Positions 28,849 to 37,557 of a stretch of DNA of 64,000 bases are shown here, one piece after another (the stretch's first letter is position 1; each line of letters opens with the position of its first letter). Origin of the DNA: an uncultured candidate division Zixibacteria bacterium (GTDB lineage: Bacteria > Zixibacteria > MSB-5A5 > UBA10806 > 4484-95); contig CAXXKA010000004.1 of the NCBI GenBank assembly GCA_963668625.2, positions 96,001 to 160,000 on the forward strand, written 5' to 3'. The notes beneath the pieces are model-generated. The model saw only the letters and a list, made by a program, of their open reading frames with translations, searched no databases and had not been told where the DNA came from. The translations under genes were made by a program, and so were the position numbers.

Positions 28849-29508
28849 CTACGGTTTGCACGTTCGGCAGGGCGAAAGTCCGGCTTTTAGCGCCTCCTCC
28901 CTGTTTTCATATCGTCTGAATCTCGAGGGATCGGAGTTTTTTATATGGCCGCATAATGGGCGATGAAACCGGTATGAGCCGCTTATACTAATATAGAACT
29001 CCTCAGCCACCGGCCCGGGTAGTGCCCACAATCCCACATCACGCGAAATAGCTGAGTTTTGGGCAGGCAAGTAGTTGTCTATCAGGTGCTTAGTGTTACT
29101 ATAAGGGTACATCACCGCGTAACCATCATAAAGCATGCGACAGCCGATATTGATCGTATCGAGCATGACCTCAGCCAGCACCCGGCCGTAGCGATCGTGG
29201 CCCTCCCCCGATCTTATCAACCTGACCGCTTTATGGCTAATCATGCTGTCGAGATGCGCCCCCGCCTCGTGATATAACGGCTCATGCTTTTCGGGCGTAT
29301 CGATCATAACAATGCGGACGGTCTCGTTATTGGAAAGCACGAATGTGTCGCCATCAATGATTTTCGTTACATAGATACTGTCAGATTGAGAGATTAGCTT
29401 TTGATCATCGGTGGAGGTATTTCTGCGATTCTCAGATGTATTAGAACATCCCACGTAAAATATTACTATTGAACAAAGAAAACACCTTATTATGACAGTT
29501 AGTTTCAT
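28849..29508 (-). CDS. Thermonuclease (SNase)-family lipoprotein with C-terminal Ada-like metal-binding domain
   Basis: IIDGDT, VRIVMIDTPE, DRYGRVLA, GLW; FHRPLC..GLSPCRTCKP; possible lipobox YVGC. Confidence 0.85.
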   Translation of the reverse strand: MKLTVIIRCFLCSIVIFYVGCSNTSENRRNTSTDDQKLISQSDSIYVTKIIDGDTFVLSNNETVRIVMIDTPEKHEPLYHEAGAHLDSMISHKAVRLIRSGEGHDRYGRVLAEVMLDTINIGCRMLYDGYAVMYPYSNTKHLIDNYLPAQNSAISRDVGLWALPGPVAEEFYISISGSYRFHRPLCGHIKNSDPSRFRRYENREEALKAGLSPCRTCKP

Positions 29509-29515
29509 GTGATGA

Positions 29516-30274
29516 TTACGGATTAATAGATACACCAATATTAAGTAAGAAACCTGAAAAATCGAAACACTCGTTTTCTAAATCTCTAATAGTTGTGTTG
29601 CTAAGATAAAGCGAGCTTGTTTTATCTCCAGTGAAACTGAAATCATCACTAACAAGATATCTGTAGCCAAAAAATATTTTTGCCGGCAGAAAACTGAATA
29701 ATTTCCCTCTTGTGCTGAATCCAGCAACAACTCCGAATCCCTGAGCGGTATATGAGATATTATTCGATTGATTGGACAAACTGGCATATTCTTTGGAATC
29801 GAACTTCAATTTACCGAATCCATAACCCGCGCTTAATTCCATAAAGATAGATTTATCCGAGGTCAGGGCATGGCTGCCTTTTACATAAGGAAACCAGAAA
29901 TTATAGGATGTTTTAACTTTAAGATACTTGCTGCTGCTTCCATAATCATCCCAATAATCAGAATAGGTGTGCGATTCCTTGTTATTACCAAAAAGATACG
30001 ATAAACCCAGCCCCAGGAACATACCATTTTTCACTTCATATTCTGATTCAATAAATATAGAGAATCCCCTGGTAATATTAGACGATAAAGGAGAATGATA
30101 TGAAGTATATTCGAATGGATAAATGTTATAAGCGTTTTTGGTATAGTCATAGCTATAGATTGAATAACCCGTACCGACATTGAATATCAGCTTATCGAAT
30201 TCAAATGCGGTTGCAGTATTTGATAAAATCAATGAGTATATTATAACGCTGAGGATAACTATTGCCTTTTTCAT
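29516..30274 (-). CDS. Outer-membrane beta-barrel protein, array paralog 6
   Basis: Signal peptide, alternating aromatic/Gly strands, GYRY, YWDDYG, DFSGFLLNIGVSIN. Confidence 0.7.
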   Translation of the reverse strand: MKKAIVILSVIIYSLILSNTATAFEFDKLIFNVGTGYSIYSYDYTKNAYNIYPFEYTSYHSPLSSNITRGFSIFIESEYEVKNGMFLGLGLSYLFGNNKESHTYSDYWDDYGSSSKYLKVKTSYNFWFPYVKGSHALTSDKSIFMELSAGYGFGKLKFDSKEYASLSNQSNNISYTAQGFGVVAGFSTRGKLFSFLPAKIFFGYRYLVSDDFSFTGDKTSSLYLSNTTIRDLENECFDFSGFLLNIGVSINP

Positions 30275-30311
30275 TATAACTCCTATGATAAAAGTCTACT
30301 CCAAATTTCAG

Positions 30312-31325
30312 TTATCTGTTTGCTAACACAAAGTTAGGGAAATCTTCAAACACCCAATTATTTTTCAAGGTGTCATAGATTATTCCCAGTAATTTTCTGG
30401 CTGTGGCAATGATAGCCTTACCGCTGCCACGACGGTTTTTTATACGATTGTAATATTTACTCAAGTAATGGTTATATCGTATGGCAACAAGCGTACACTG
30501 CACCAGTGTAGTCCGACCAATCTTAGAACCACGCTTGGTAATCCGACCATGATGCTGAATCTCGTTTGAATTGGAAACTCGCGGCACTACGCCAAAATAT
30601 GAGGCCAATTTATCTTTGTCCGAAAAATCAGCAACATCACCAATTACCGAAAGCAACACTGTAGCTGATTTGCTGCCGATTCCTTTGATGCTGGTCAGGT
30701 TCTTATGCCCGTTCAACTTGCGACCCTGATCCTCTATCTGTTTGTCCAGCTTTTTTATCCCCTCATTCAAACTGCGAATCTGATCAACCAATACCTCAAG
30801 CTCAACAGAAACAACCTCATCAAAATTCATCTTTAGAACCCGCTCCAAACTCTTGTTGCTGGAGTAGGCCTCCTTTTTACTCTTGATACCATGATGATTG
30901 AGTATGTTGTGTATTTTATTCTTCAAAGCTGTACGTAACTTGACCAGCTTGTCCCGTGTCCCAACAAGTGAACTGATCTGCGCTTTATCTTTCGTCTTTA
31001 ATCGGGCTTTCGGCAACATGTCTTTGCTCATAAAATAGGCTAAGTTCCTGGCATCGTTTTCATCCGTCTTACTGACTGATGATTTGATTATCTCAAATTT
31101 GTTCGGATCGACGACAACAACTCGCTTGACCAAATGCGATATCTCATCAACGAAATAACGAGTGTTGCCAGTGGCCTCAACCGCTACACAATCCGTCTTT
31201 TTTAATCCTCGTTTAAATTCCTTTAGATCCTTTAGCCGATACTCCTTGATCCTCTCCCGACCACCGGCTGTCAGGTAACACACGGTCAAACTGTTTGTGT
31301 GAAGGTCTACTCCTAAGTACCTCAT
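30312..31325 (-). CDS. IS110-family DEDD recombinase/transposase
   Basis: YLGVDLH, VEATG, KTDENDA, SIKGIG, SYFGVVPRVSNS, GRITKRGS, IATARKL. Confidence 0.95.
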   Translation of the reverse strand: MRYLGVDLHTNSLTVCYLTAGGRERIKEYRLKDLKEFKRGLKKTDCVAVEATGNTRYFVDEISHLVKRVVVVDPNKFEIIKSSVSKTDENDARNLAYFMSKDMLPKARLKTKDKAQISSLVGTRDKLVKLRTALKNKIHNILNHHGIKSKKEAYSSNKSLERVLKMNFDEVVSVELEVLVDQIRSLNEGIKKLDKQIEDQGRKLNGHKNLTSIKGIGSKSATVLLSVIGDVADFSDKDKLASYFGVVPRVSNSNEIQHHGRITKRGSKIGRTTLVQCTLVAIRYNHYLSKYYNRIKNRRGSGKAIIATARKLLGIIYDTLKNNWVFEDFPNFVLANR

Positions 31326-31339
31326 CTTCTTGCTCCATT

Positions 31340-31545
31340 CTATGGTTATCACTGGAGCAGACTCTCTGTCGGCGCCTACCAAACTCCTATTCAAGGTCTT
31401 TGCCTTATGGTGGCAATTCGGTTACAGGTCTGATTAATCTCCTTTACGAGGTCTGGCCTCAAGCATTCAGTTCAGCCTATAACCTATCCGCTCCAGTTAG
31501 AAATTCATTACCGAAGCTCTAACACCAACAGAATAGATTAGCAAG
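31340..31545 (-). ncRNA. Putative IS110 bridge RNA / seekRNA
   Basis: ~240 nt 5' non-coding end; 12 bp closing stem ACUGGAGCGGAU/GUCUGCUCCAGU; guides AAAGGAG (31439-31445, matches target) and AUAGGAG (31384-31390, matches donor), each in a unit starting AGACCU. Boundaries approximate. Confidence 0.7.
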
Positions 31546-31577
31546 ATGCTTTTATCGTACCATCTCCTTTTGATTAT

Positions 31578-32321
31578 TTATAGGCTAAATGATATACTCG
31601 TCCGGGCGTAAATACCGCTGAGATCGACAGTCAAACCGTTAAGATACTGCCAGTAGGCTGAACCATCATGATAATTAATGCTAATCGATTCGGTTTTAAG
31701 ATATCTGTAGCCTATCTCCCCCCCTATAGGTCGATCTTTAAGATTGATAACCGTGCCGCCTAAAGCCAACGTAAAGCTCGCGCCGGTTAATGAGAAGCTT
31801 TTGTCTTCATCATATATAGATGCGTTAAACCTGCACAGACCGATTCCCATGGTAGCCTTGAAATACGGCGAAAGGGATAGAAAAGTGAAATGATTTTTAA
31901 GAATGATATATGGGTTGACGAAAAACGCTTTAGAATTGAAAATCCCGCTTGCGGATCCCCTCGGATCGCCAGTCAGGCTATACCTCTCGGCATCAAAAAC
32001 CGATGAATTATCATCATTACTTCCTGAGCCATAAAGAAATTCCAGTCCGAAACCGATATCATATTTTTCAGTCTCGGCGTATAGTAACTCCGCAGAGAAA
32101 CTAAACCCGTGCTCAACAGCCCATCGTGATGCCACACTACTTATCGAGGGATCCGGAGGCATTTCGTTATAAATAGAAATATTTCCACCGTCATTATTAA
32201 AACCTGTCATCCTAAAATCAGTATAGCCGCCGCTTAAGCTCAGTGTGTATTTATCACCGGCGAAAGCGGTTGTGGCAATTATCACTATTATGAGAAGCGC
32301 TGTTAGTAAAACCTGTTTCAT
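31578..32321 (-). CDS. Outer-membrane beta-barrel protein, array paralog 5
   Basis: Signal peptide, EIGYRY, DLSGIYARTSISFSL. Confidence 0.7.
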   Translation of the reverse strand: MKQVLLTALLIIVIIATTAFAGDKYTLSLSGGYTDFRMTGFNNDGGNISIYNEMPPDPSISSVASRWAVEHGFSFSAELLYAETEKYDIGFGLEFLYGSGSNDDNSSVFDAERYSLTGDPRGSASGIFNSKAFFVNPYIILKNHFTFLSLSPYFKATMGIGLCRFNASIYDEDKSFSLTGASFTLALGGTVINLKDRPIGGEIGYRYLKTESISINYHDGSAYWQYLNGLTVDLSGIYARTSISFSL

Positions 32322-32333
32322 GATACCATCCTT

Positions 32334-32981
32334 TTATAAGCTAAATGATATCCCTGTCTGGAAAAACCATCCGCTTAATCCGTATTGTTTATTATCATAG
32401 TTTATGTATAACCTGTCATCCAATTTTCCTGATTTAACGAACCTGTACCCCCCCTCAACATTAAACCCGTATGTATTACTTTTGATAATTGTTTTTCCCA
32501 GGCTGGGCACCACCCCCACAACATACGTATCGTTAGTAATTGCATACTTATTGTCATTGCAGATAAGCTTCGATACGCCATAGCCGATCCCAATGGACAG
32601 CTTAGAATACATTTTGAATCTCAATACGTCGAAATTATTTCTCATTACAAAGTATGGCAGTACTATATCCACTGACCGACTATAATGATAATAATCAACA
32701 TTCCGCCTTCGATTATCGTAATCATCCTGAAACGTGTGATAGCCATAGCTCAAACGATTTGAACCAGCAAATAAGTATTGTATTCCGCCACCAAGCGATA
32801 AAACATCATTAACTTTGAATATAACTTCACCATATATATTAAAACCTGTATTAGTAGTATGCCCGGATTCATAGTTAAACCCTTCGCCGATAGTAAATGT
32901 CACATTCTCGGATGACAAGACGAACCCCTGGGTTGCTATAATTAGTACAGCAAATGCCGCTATCGTTATTTTACTGTTCAT
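32334..32981 (-). CDS. Outer-membrane beta-barrel protein, array paralog 4
   Basis: Signal peptide, FQDDYDNR, EGGYRF, SGWFFQTGISFSL. Confidence 0.72.
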   Translation of the reverse strand: MNSKITIAAFAVLIIATQGFVLSSENVTFTIGEGFNYESGHTTNTGFNIYGEVIFKVNDVLSLGGGIQYLFAGSNRLSYGYHTFQDDYDNRRRNVDYYHYSRSVDIVLPYFVMRNNFDVLRFKMYSKLSIGIGYGVSKLICNDNKYAITNDTYVVGVVPSLGKTIIKSNTYGFNVEGGYRFVKSGKLDDRLYINYDNKQYGLSGWFFQTGISFSL

Positions 32982-32993
32982 ACCAAACTCCTT

Positions 32994-33695
32994 TTATAAG
33001 CTAAATGATATCCCCGTCTGGAAAAACCATCCGCTGAAATCTATTTCAGTATTATCATCATTTATGAAGAGATTATCATTCATCTCACTGGTCTTAATAA
33101 ACCTGTACCCAGTTTCGATATTTAGACCCCACTTTTTATTACTGATAATTGTCGTCCCGATGCCGGGGATAATACTTGCTACGAATATATCCCTTTCGGT
33201 TATGCTCCCATATCTACTGATATAAAATTTCGATATACCATAACCAAGCCCCACTGATAGCTTCGTATACCAACCGGCTTCGAACAATTTAAACTCGTTT
33301 TTAAAAACCAAATACGGTACTATAAAATCAATATCTCGATAGTATTCCTCGCTAGGCGGTTTACGATTATCGTAGTCATCCTGAAATGTCAAATAGCCAT
33401 CATTGCCTTGAGAGGAAGCAAACATGTACTGTATTCCCGCGCCCAGTGAAACATTGTTATTAATTTCGTATAGCCCCTCGCCATATATATTGTAGCCGTG
33501 ATTAATAGCATGCTCGTTTTCATAAACCCAGTAGTACAAATGGCCATAGTCTAATCTTATATATCTTCCGGTCTCGTTTTGAAAACTATTGAACCCGCCG
33601 CCAAACGTAAATGTTAAATTCTCGGATGATAAGGCGAACGCCTGAGCAGCCATCAATAAGACAACGAAAGCCGCTATCGTGAATTTTCTAGTCAT
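32994..33695 (-). CDS. Outer-membrane beta-barrel protein, array paralog 3
   Basis: Signal peptide, FQDDYDNR, ETGYRF, DFSGWFFQTGISFSL. Confidence 0.72.
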   Translation of the reverse strand: MTRKFTIAAFVVLLMAAQAFALSSENLTFTFGGGFNSFQNETGRYIRLDYGHLYYWVYENEHAINHGYNIYGEGLYEINNNVSLGAGIQYMFASSQGNDGYLTFQDDYDNRKPPSEEYYRDIDFIVPYLVFKNEFKLFEAGWYTKLSVGLGYGISKFYISRYGSITERDIFVASIIPGIGTTIISNKKWGLNIETGYRFIKTSEMNDNLFINDDNTEIDFSGWFFQTGISFSL

Positions 33696-33707
33696 ACCAA
33701 GCTCCCT

Positions 33708-34409
33708 CTATAACCCGAATGATAAACCGGTTTGGAAAAAGACCCCGCTGAAATCCAGTCTTTCATTGTTTTCATTAAGCGTATCTGATTTATCCTTTAA
33801 TCTGGATGTTTTTATAATTCTATATCCTAACTCCAAGTTAATATATGTAGATGAGTAAAGATAAAAAGATGTTCCAATCGAGGGAATTGCTCCAACAGCG
33901 AAACCATTATACATACGCTTTTCAATATGATTGTAATCGAGAAGTTTAGTATAACCAAAGCCTATATCTAGCTTCGTGAAAAAATCCAATTTCACAAATT
34001 GGAAATGATAGCTGCCGGTGATGTAAGGCATAAAAATACGGCCTTTTACTGGTTCATCAGGATTAAACTGTCCGGAGGGTCGCCGGTTATCATAATCATC
34101 CCAATAAGTAGGTTCCGGATATATAATCTCATTCCCGTTATATAAGTAATATACTCCACCACCTAAATACAATTTGTCGGTCTCAGGATAAACAAACTCA
34201 ACATAAAAACTATAAACTTTAGAATGATTACTTTCAGTTTGATTATAATTATCAAGGTTGTAAGCTTCATGAACATAGTTAAAATCTCTATTTATCTCAG
34301 TCTGCCCAAGCCCGCCGCCTATATTTATACGAAACTTTGCCTCAGCCCCGGCGATGTTGATTGTTAAAAGCATGAAAAGTATTGCTAATAATAAAGTATT
34401 TCTACTCAT
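33708..34409 (-). CDS. Outer-membrane beta-barrel protein, array paralog 2
   Basis: Signal peptide, YWDDYDNR, ELGYRI, DFSGVFFQTGLSFGL. Confidence 0.72.
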   Translation of the reverse strand: MSRNTLLLAILFMLLTINIAGAEAKFRINIGGGLGQTEINRDFNYVHEAYNLDNYNQTESNHSKVYSFYVEFVYPETDKLYLGGGVYYLYNGNEIIYPEPTYWDDYDNRRPSGQFNPDEPVKGRIFMPYITGSYHFQFVKLDFFTKLDIGFGYTKLLDYNHIEKRMYNGFAVGAIPSIGTSFYLYSSTYINLELGYRIIKTSRLKDKSDTLNENNERLDFSGVFFQTGLSFGL

Positions 34410-34421
34410 ACCAAGCTCCCT

Positions 34422-35099
34422 TTATAACCCGAATGATATGCCGATTTGGAAAAAGACCCCGCTATACCTGAGTTCGCTTTTAGCCCACTGCTCGCCATAG
34501 AGATCGTATCTGCTTGTCACCTGATACTCATCCAAATTCGCTTCAATCACTCTATAGCCAAGTTCAACATTAAAAACTGGCAGATATCTTAAGTTAATAT
34601 TTTTACCGAGAGTAAAAACTAAACCTGCTCCATATCCGCTGGTTTTGAAATTCTCGATTAGATTATCATAATCGCTCAGCTTCGCATACCCATATCCCAC
34701 AGAAATCCGCGAGTATGATATAAATGATGAGAAATTGATTTTAGCCGTAACAAAAGGCATTACGAATCTTGACTCATCATAGAATTTGTTCGGTTCCCGT
34801 GTATAGTGGTTACCATCGCCGTAATCATCCAAAGGTACATCGTTATTAGCTTTAATATCATTAGCCCATAGATATTCTACACCCAGGCCAGCCTCATGAC
34901 CATTTGCAAACCGGTAAAGAACTTCAGCGCTATAGTTATAACCATGACAATGAATCGATGTAACATTACTTGATCCACCCAGCATACCACCCCCTCCCCA
35001 GCCAATATTAAATGAAATTTTATCCGATGATATACCGTACGCCTGGGCTGCCATAAATAAAACAGCCAACATTACTATAACACTTTTACAGTTTCGCAT
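34422..35099 (-). CDS. Outer-membrane beta-barrel protein, array paralog 1
   Basis: Start MRNCKS after GGAGGGAG; LDDYGD, ELGYRV, SGVFFQIGISFGL. Confidence 0.72.
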   Translation of the reverse strand: MRNCKSVIVMLAVLFMAAQAYGISSDKISFNIGWGGGGMLGGSSNVTSIHCHGYNYSAEVLYRFANGHEAGLGVEYLWANDIKANNDVPLDDYGDGNHYTREPNKFYDESRFVMPFVTAKINFSSFISYSRISVGYGYAKLSDYDNLIENFKTSGYGAGLVFTLGKNINLRYLPVFNVELGYRVIEANLDEYQVTSRYDLYGEQWAKSELRYSGVFFQIGISFGL

Positions 35100-35134
35100 A
35101 ATACTCCCTCCGATAGTTAACTTATAATACAACA

Positions 35135-35863
35135 TCAAATGGATTTATTCAAGCGATAAATAGCTATCATTCCACCAAAAATATTCTCGTAGCTACCCTC
35201 AAGCTTGCCGGCTTTGAGCTTCTCCAGCACCTCGGGTTGCTCATAGAAAGTCTTCAATGATACCGGCAGATAATCGTAAGCGTAGCGGTTTCTGGTAAAA
35301 AGCGAGCTAAACCAGGGGGTAAATTTATAATAGTAGATATGAAACAGCCAGGCCAGCAGCCTGTTCGGTGGATGAGCCATGTCGATAATCGAGGCGTGGC
35401 CGCCCGGCCTCAGCACCCGCTCTATCTCCGAGCCGAAACCGTCAACCTGCCCCAGGTTGCGCAGAGAATAACCGTTGACCACGCCCTCGAAAACACCAGG
35501 CTTGAACGGCAGGTTCTCGGCATCACAGTTGATAAAGCAGACATTATCATTGCCGCGAAGTTTCGCTTTGGCCAGCTTATTCATCTCCTGCGCGAAATCC
35601 CCCAGCACGATGAAGCCCTCGAAACCGGGCATGTCGGCTATCTCTTTAGCCATATCGCCCGTGCCTGAGCAGATATCCAATATGAGCTTATCAGTCAGGT
35701 GAGGCTTAACCGTGCGCCTTCGCCAATGAGCATCCATACCAAGCGAGATTACCTTATTGAGAAGATCGTACCTGCCGCTGATATCATCGAACATGCGCCG
35801 TACGAAATTGCGTTTCTCGCTGATATCTTTGAACGGGCCGGTTGTTTTTGGGGTGTTTGTCAT
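35135..35863 (-). CDS. menG: UbiE/MenG-family demethylmenaquinone methyltransferase
   Basis: MFDDISGRYDLLNKVISLG..WR, LDICSGTGD, DAENLPF, LRN, RVLRPGG, AYDYLPVS. Confidence 0.85.
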   Translation of the reverse strand: MTNTPKTTGPFKDISEKRNFVRRMFDDISGRYDLLNKVISLGMDAHWRRRTVKPHLTDKLILDICSGTGDMAKEIADMPGFEGFIVLGDFAQEMNKLAKAKLRGNDNVCFINCDAENLPFKPGVFEGVVNGYSLRNLGQVDGFGSEIERVLRPGGHASIIDMAHPPNRLLAWLFHIYYYKFTPWFSSLFTRNRYAYDYLPVSLKTFYEQPEVLEKLKAGKLEGSYENIFGGMIAIYRLNKSI

Positions 35864-35894
35864 AGAATTCCGCAATAATAACGGTTCAGCTCAT

Positions 35895-36175
35895 ATCGAA
35901 CGGATTGCCGCGTCGATCCGCTCCTGGCAATGATAGGTAATTTTTGCTTTTGCAATGATAGGCGCTTAATATAATAATGTTTATTTGAGTCGTCAGGAAT
36001 CCTTTCCTGACGATATTCTTCAGGTGCCCGGATTGGCAAGAAAAGAACAGTAAAGAATTCTGCTCGCTTGTAACCTCGTAAATGTCTGTTTTCTCGCTCC
36101 GGTCGGAATGCGAGCCTACACTTTTTTTATGATCTCGACAGATTGGTTCGTGCAATCCGTATCCTCGCAATAACT
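35895..36175. repeat. Cluster of REP-like palindromes in an intergenic spacer
   Basis: GTCAGGAATCCTTTCCTGAC (related to 26941 and 28807), GATTGCCGCGTCGATCCGCTCCTGGCAATGA and related GATTGGTTCG..CCTCGCAATAAC. Confidence 0.55.
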
Positions 36176-36214
36176 GGTGTTTCATATAATGATGTCGTAC
36201 GTCGGGATACATGC

Positions 36215-37243
36215 TTAGAATTTTCTGTTGATCATGAAATCAATCATCTGAAGGATAACGCCTCGCTTGTCAGGATCGATTTTGCCATCGAGTTTAGCGA
36301 AACTGGCTTTAGCCTTGGAGGCAAGCTCGACAGAGACAGCGATAGCGCGATCGATACAACCATAGCCCTTTATCATTTCCAGAATCGTATTCATGTCCGC
36401 GGCGTTTTTCTCATCACGGGGCATATCGAATGCCTGACGGAGGAACGCTTTCTCTTTTTCGGTAGCGTGCTCCATCAAATCGATAGTGATCAGGGTGCGT
36501 TTGGCCTCCCACAAATCACCGGCGATCTCCTTGCCGTAAACCTTCTCATTGCCGATCAAGTTCAGTACATCATCCTGTATCTGAAATGCAATACCCAGAT
36601 CTATGCCATAATCGTATATAATATCACGATTTTCCGGCTCGGCTCCGGCGATCATCGCGCCTGTCCACGAGGGCGTAGCGCAGGTATACCAGGAGGTTTT
36701 GCGCTGGCACATCTTGAAATAATCATCACCGGTTAAATCCCAGCGCTTGTTCTGCACCCATGAAAGCTCGATGTGCTGGCCGGCGGTGGTTTTATGGTAC
36801 ATTCTCAAGAACTGATCGATCACGTTCATGGCCATTTCAGCGCCCAGTATCTCGCGGTTAGCGTGCAGGAACTCCCACATCTTCCCCGCCAGGGCATCCC
36901 CGGCGTTCAACGCCAACGGTATACCGTAGGTTACGTGAAGAGCTGGTTTTCCTCGGCGAAGTTCCGAACCATCTTCAATATCATCATGGATAACTATCCA
37001 GTTCTGGAATATCTCCAGCGCCGCCGCCGTGTTTAGAGATTTCTCGATATCGCCGCCGAATGCCTCGCAAAACATCATTAATATTGATGGCCGGAGACCC
37101 TTTCCACCGCGACGAGGGTAATCGTTTATCATCTCGAATAGATTATCTATTTCAGGTATATCGTGGGATTGCGGCAGGATATCGAAAATGTGCTTATCAA
37201 CAAGCTCCTTATAGCCCTTCAGTATTTCAAAAAAGTCTGCCAT
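36215..37243 (-). CDS. Polyprenyl diphosphate synthase (short-chain, GGPP-synthase/IdsA-like)
   Basis: GGKGLRP, HDDIED..RRGKP, GQ, KT, AFQIQDD, GDLWEAKRT. Confidence 0.92.
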   Translation of the reverse strand: MADFFEILKGYKELVDKHIFDILPQSHDIPEIDNLFEMINDYPRRGGKGLRPSILMMFCEAFGGDIEKSLNTAAALEIFQNWIVIHDDIEDGSELRRGKPALHVTYGIPLALNAGDALAGKMWEFLHANREILGAEMAMNVIDQFLRMYHKTTAGQHIELSWVQNKRWDLTGDDYFKMCQRKTSWYTCATPSWTGAMIAGAEPENRDIIYDYGIDLGIAFQIQDDVLNLIGNEKVYGKEIAGDLWEAKRTLITIDLMEHATEKEKAFLRQAFDMPRDEKNAADMNTILEMIKGYGCIDRAIAVSVELASKAKASFAKLDGKIDPDKRGVILQMIDFMINRKF

Positions 37244-37557
37244 TGGGATTATTTATAGGGAATAATACGCCAAAGGTCAAAGGATTTTTAAAAGAGAGTT
37301 TCGCCGTATATTGGCGCAAACGGCTTGGAGCGAAACCAGCAACATGCAGATGAGACACATTGCTGTATTCCAACGGTTTTGGCTATCGATAAAGCAGGTA
37401 AAAGAGTATATCTGCAGCCAGTAAAATTCTAGCGATTCGGACACGGGAACTGGTTGAGAAAACCTGTTACCCGTGTCGTTGGGTGGAAATCATTTTTTCC
37501 TGATTCTTGTGATTGGAGTACAACCTGATGCCTTAACTGGCATGCCTGTGATTGTAC

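Larger units (their letters stand above)
30285..31568 (-). mobile_element. IS110-family element inserted in a Shine-Dalgarno sequence
   Basis: CTCCT repeated at both junctions (30280-30284, 31564-31568); subterminal IR ATGATAAAAG / CTTTTATCGT; no TIR/TSD of DDE type. Confidence 0.88.

Noticed and set aside
28697-28872. Duplicated gene end as a DGR template/variable repeat pair
   Set aside because: Only ~25 bp, mismatches are not confined to adenines, and there is no reverse transcriptase in the window.
35886-36212. 108 aa ORF between menG and the prenyl synthase
   Set aside because: Region consists of REP-like palindromes; no protein features.
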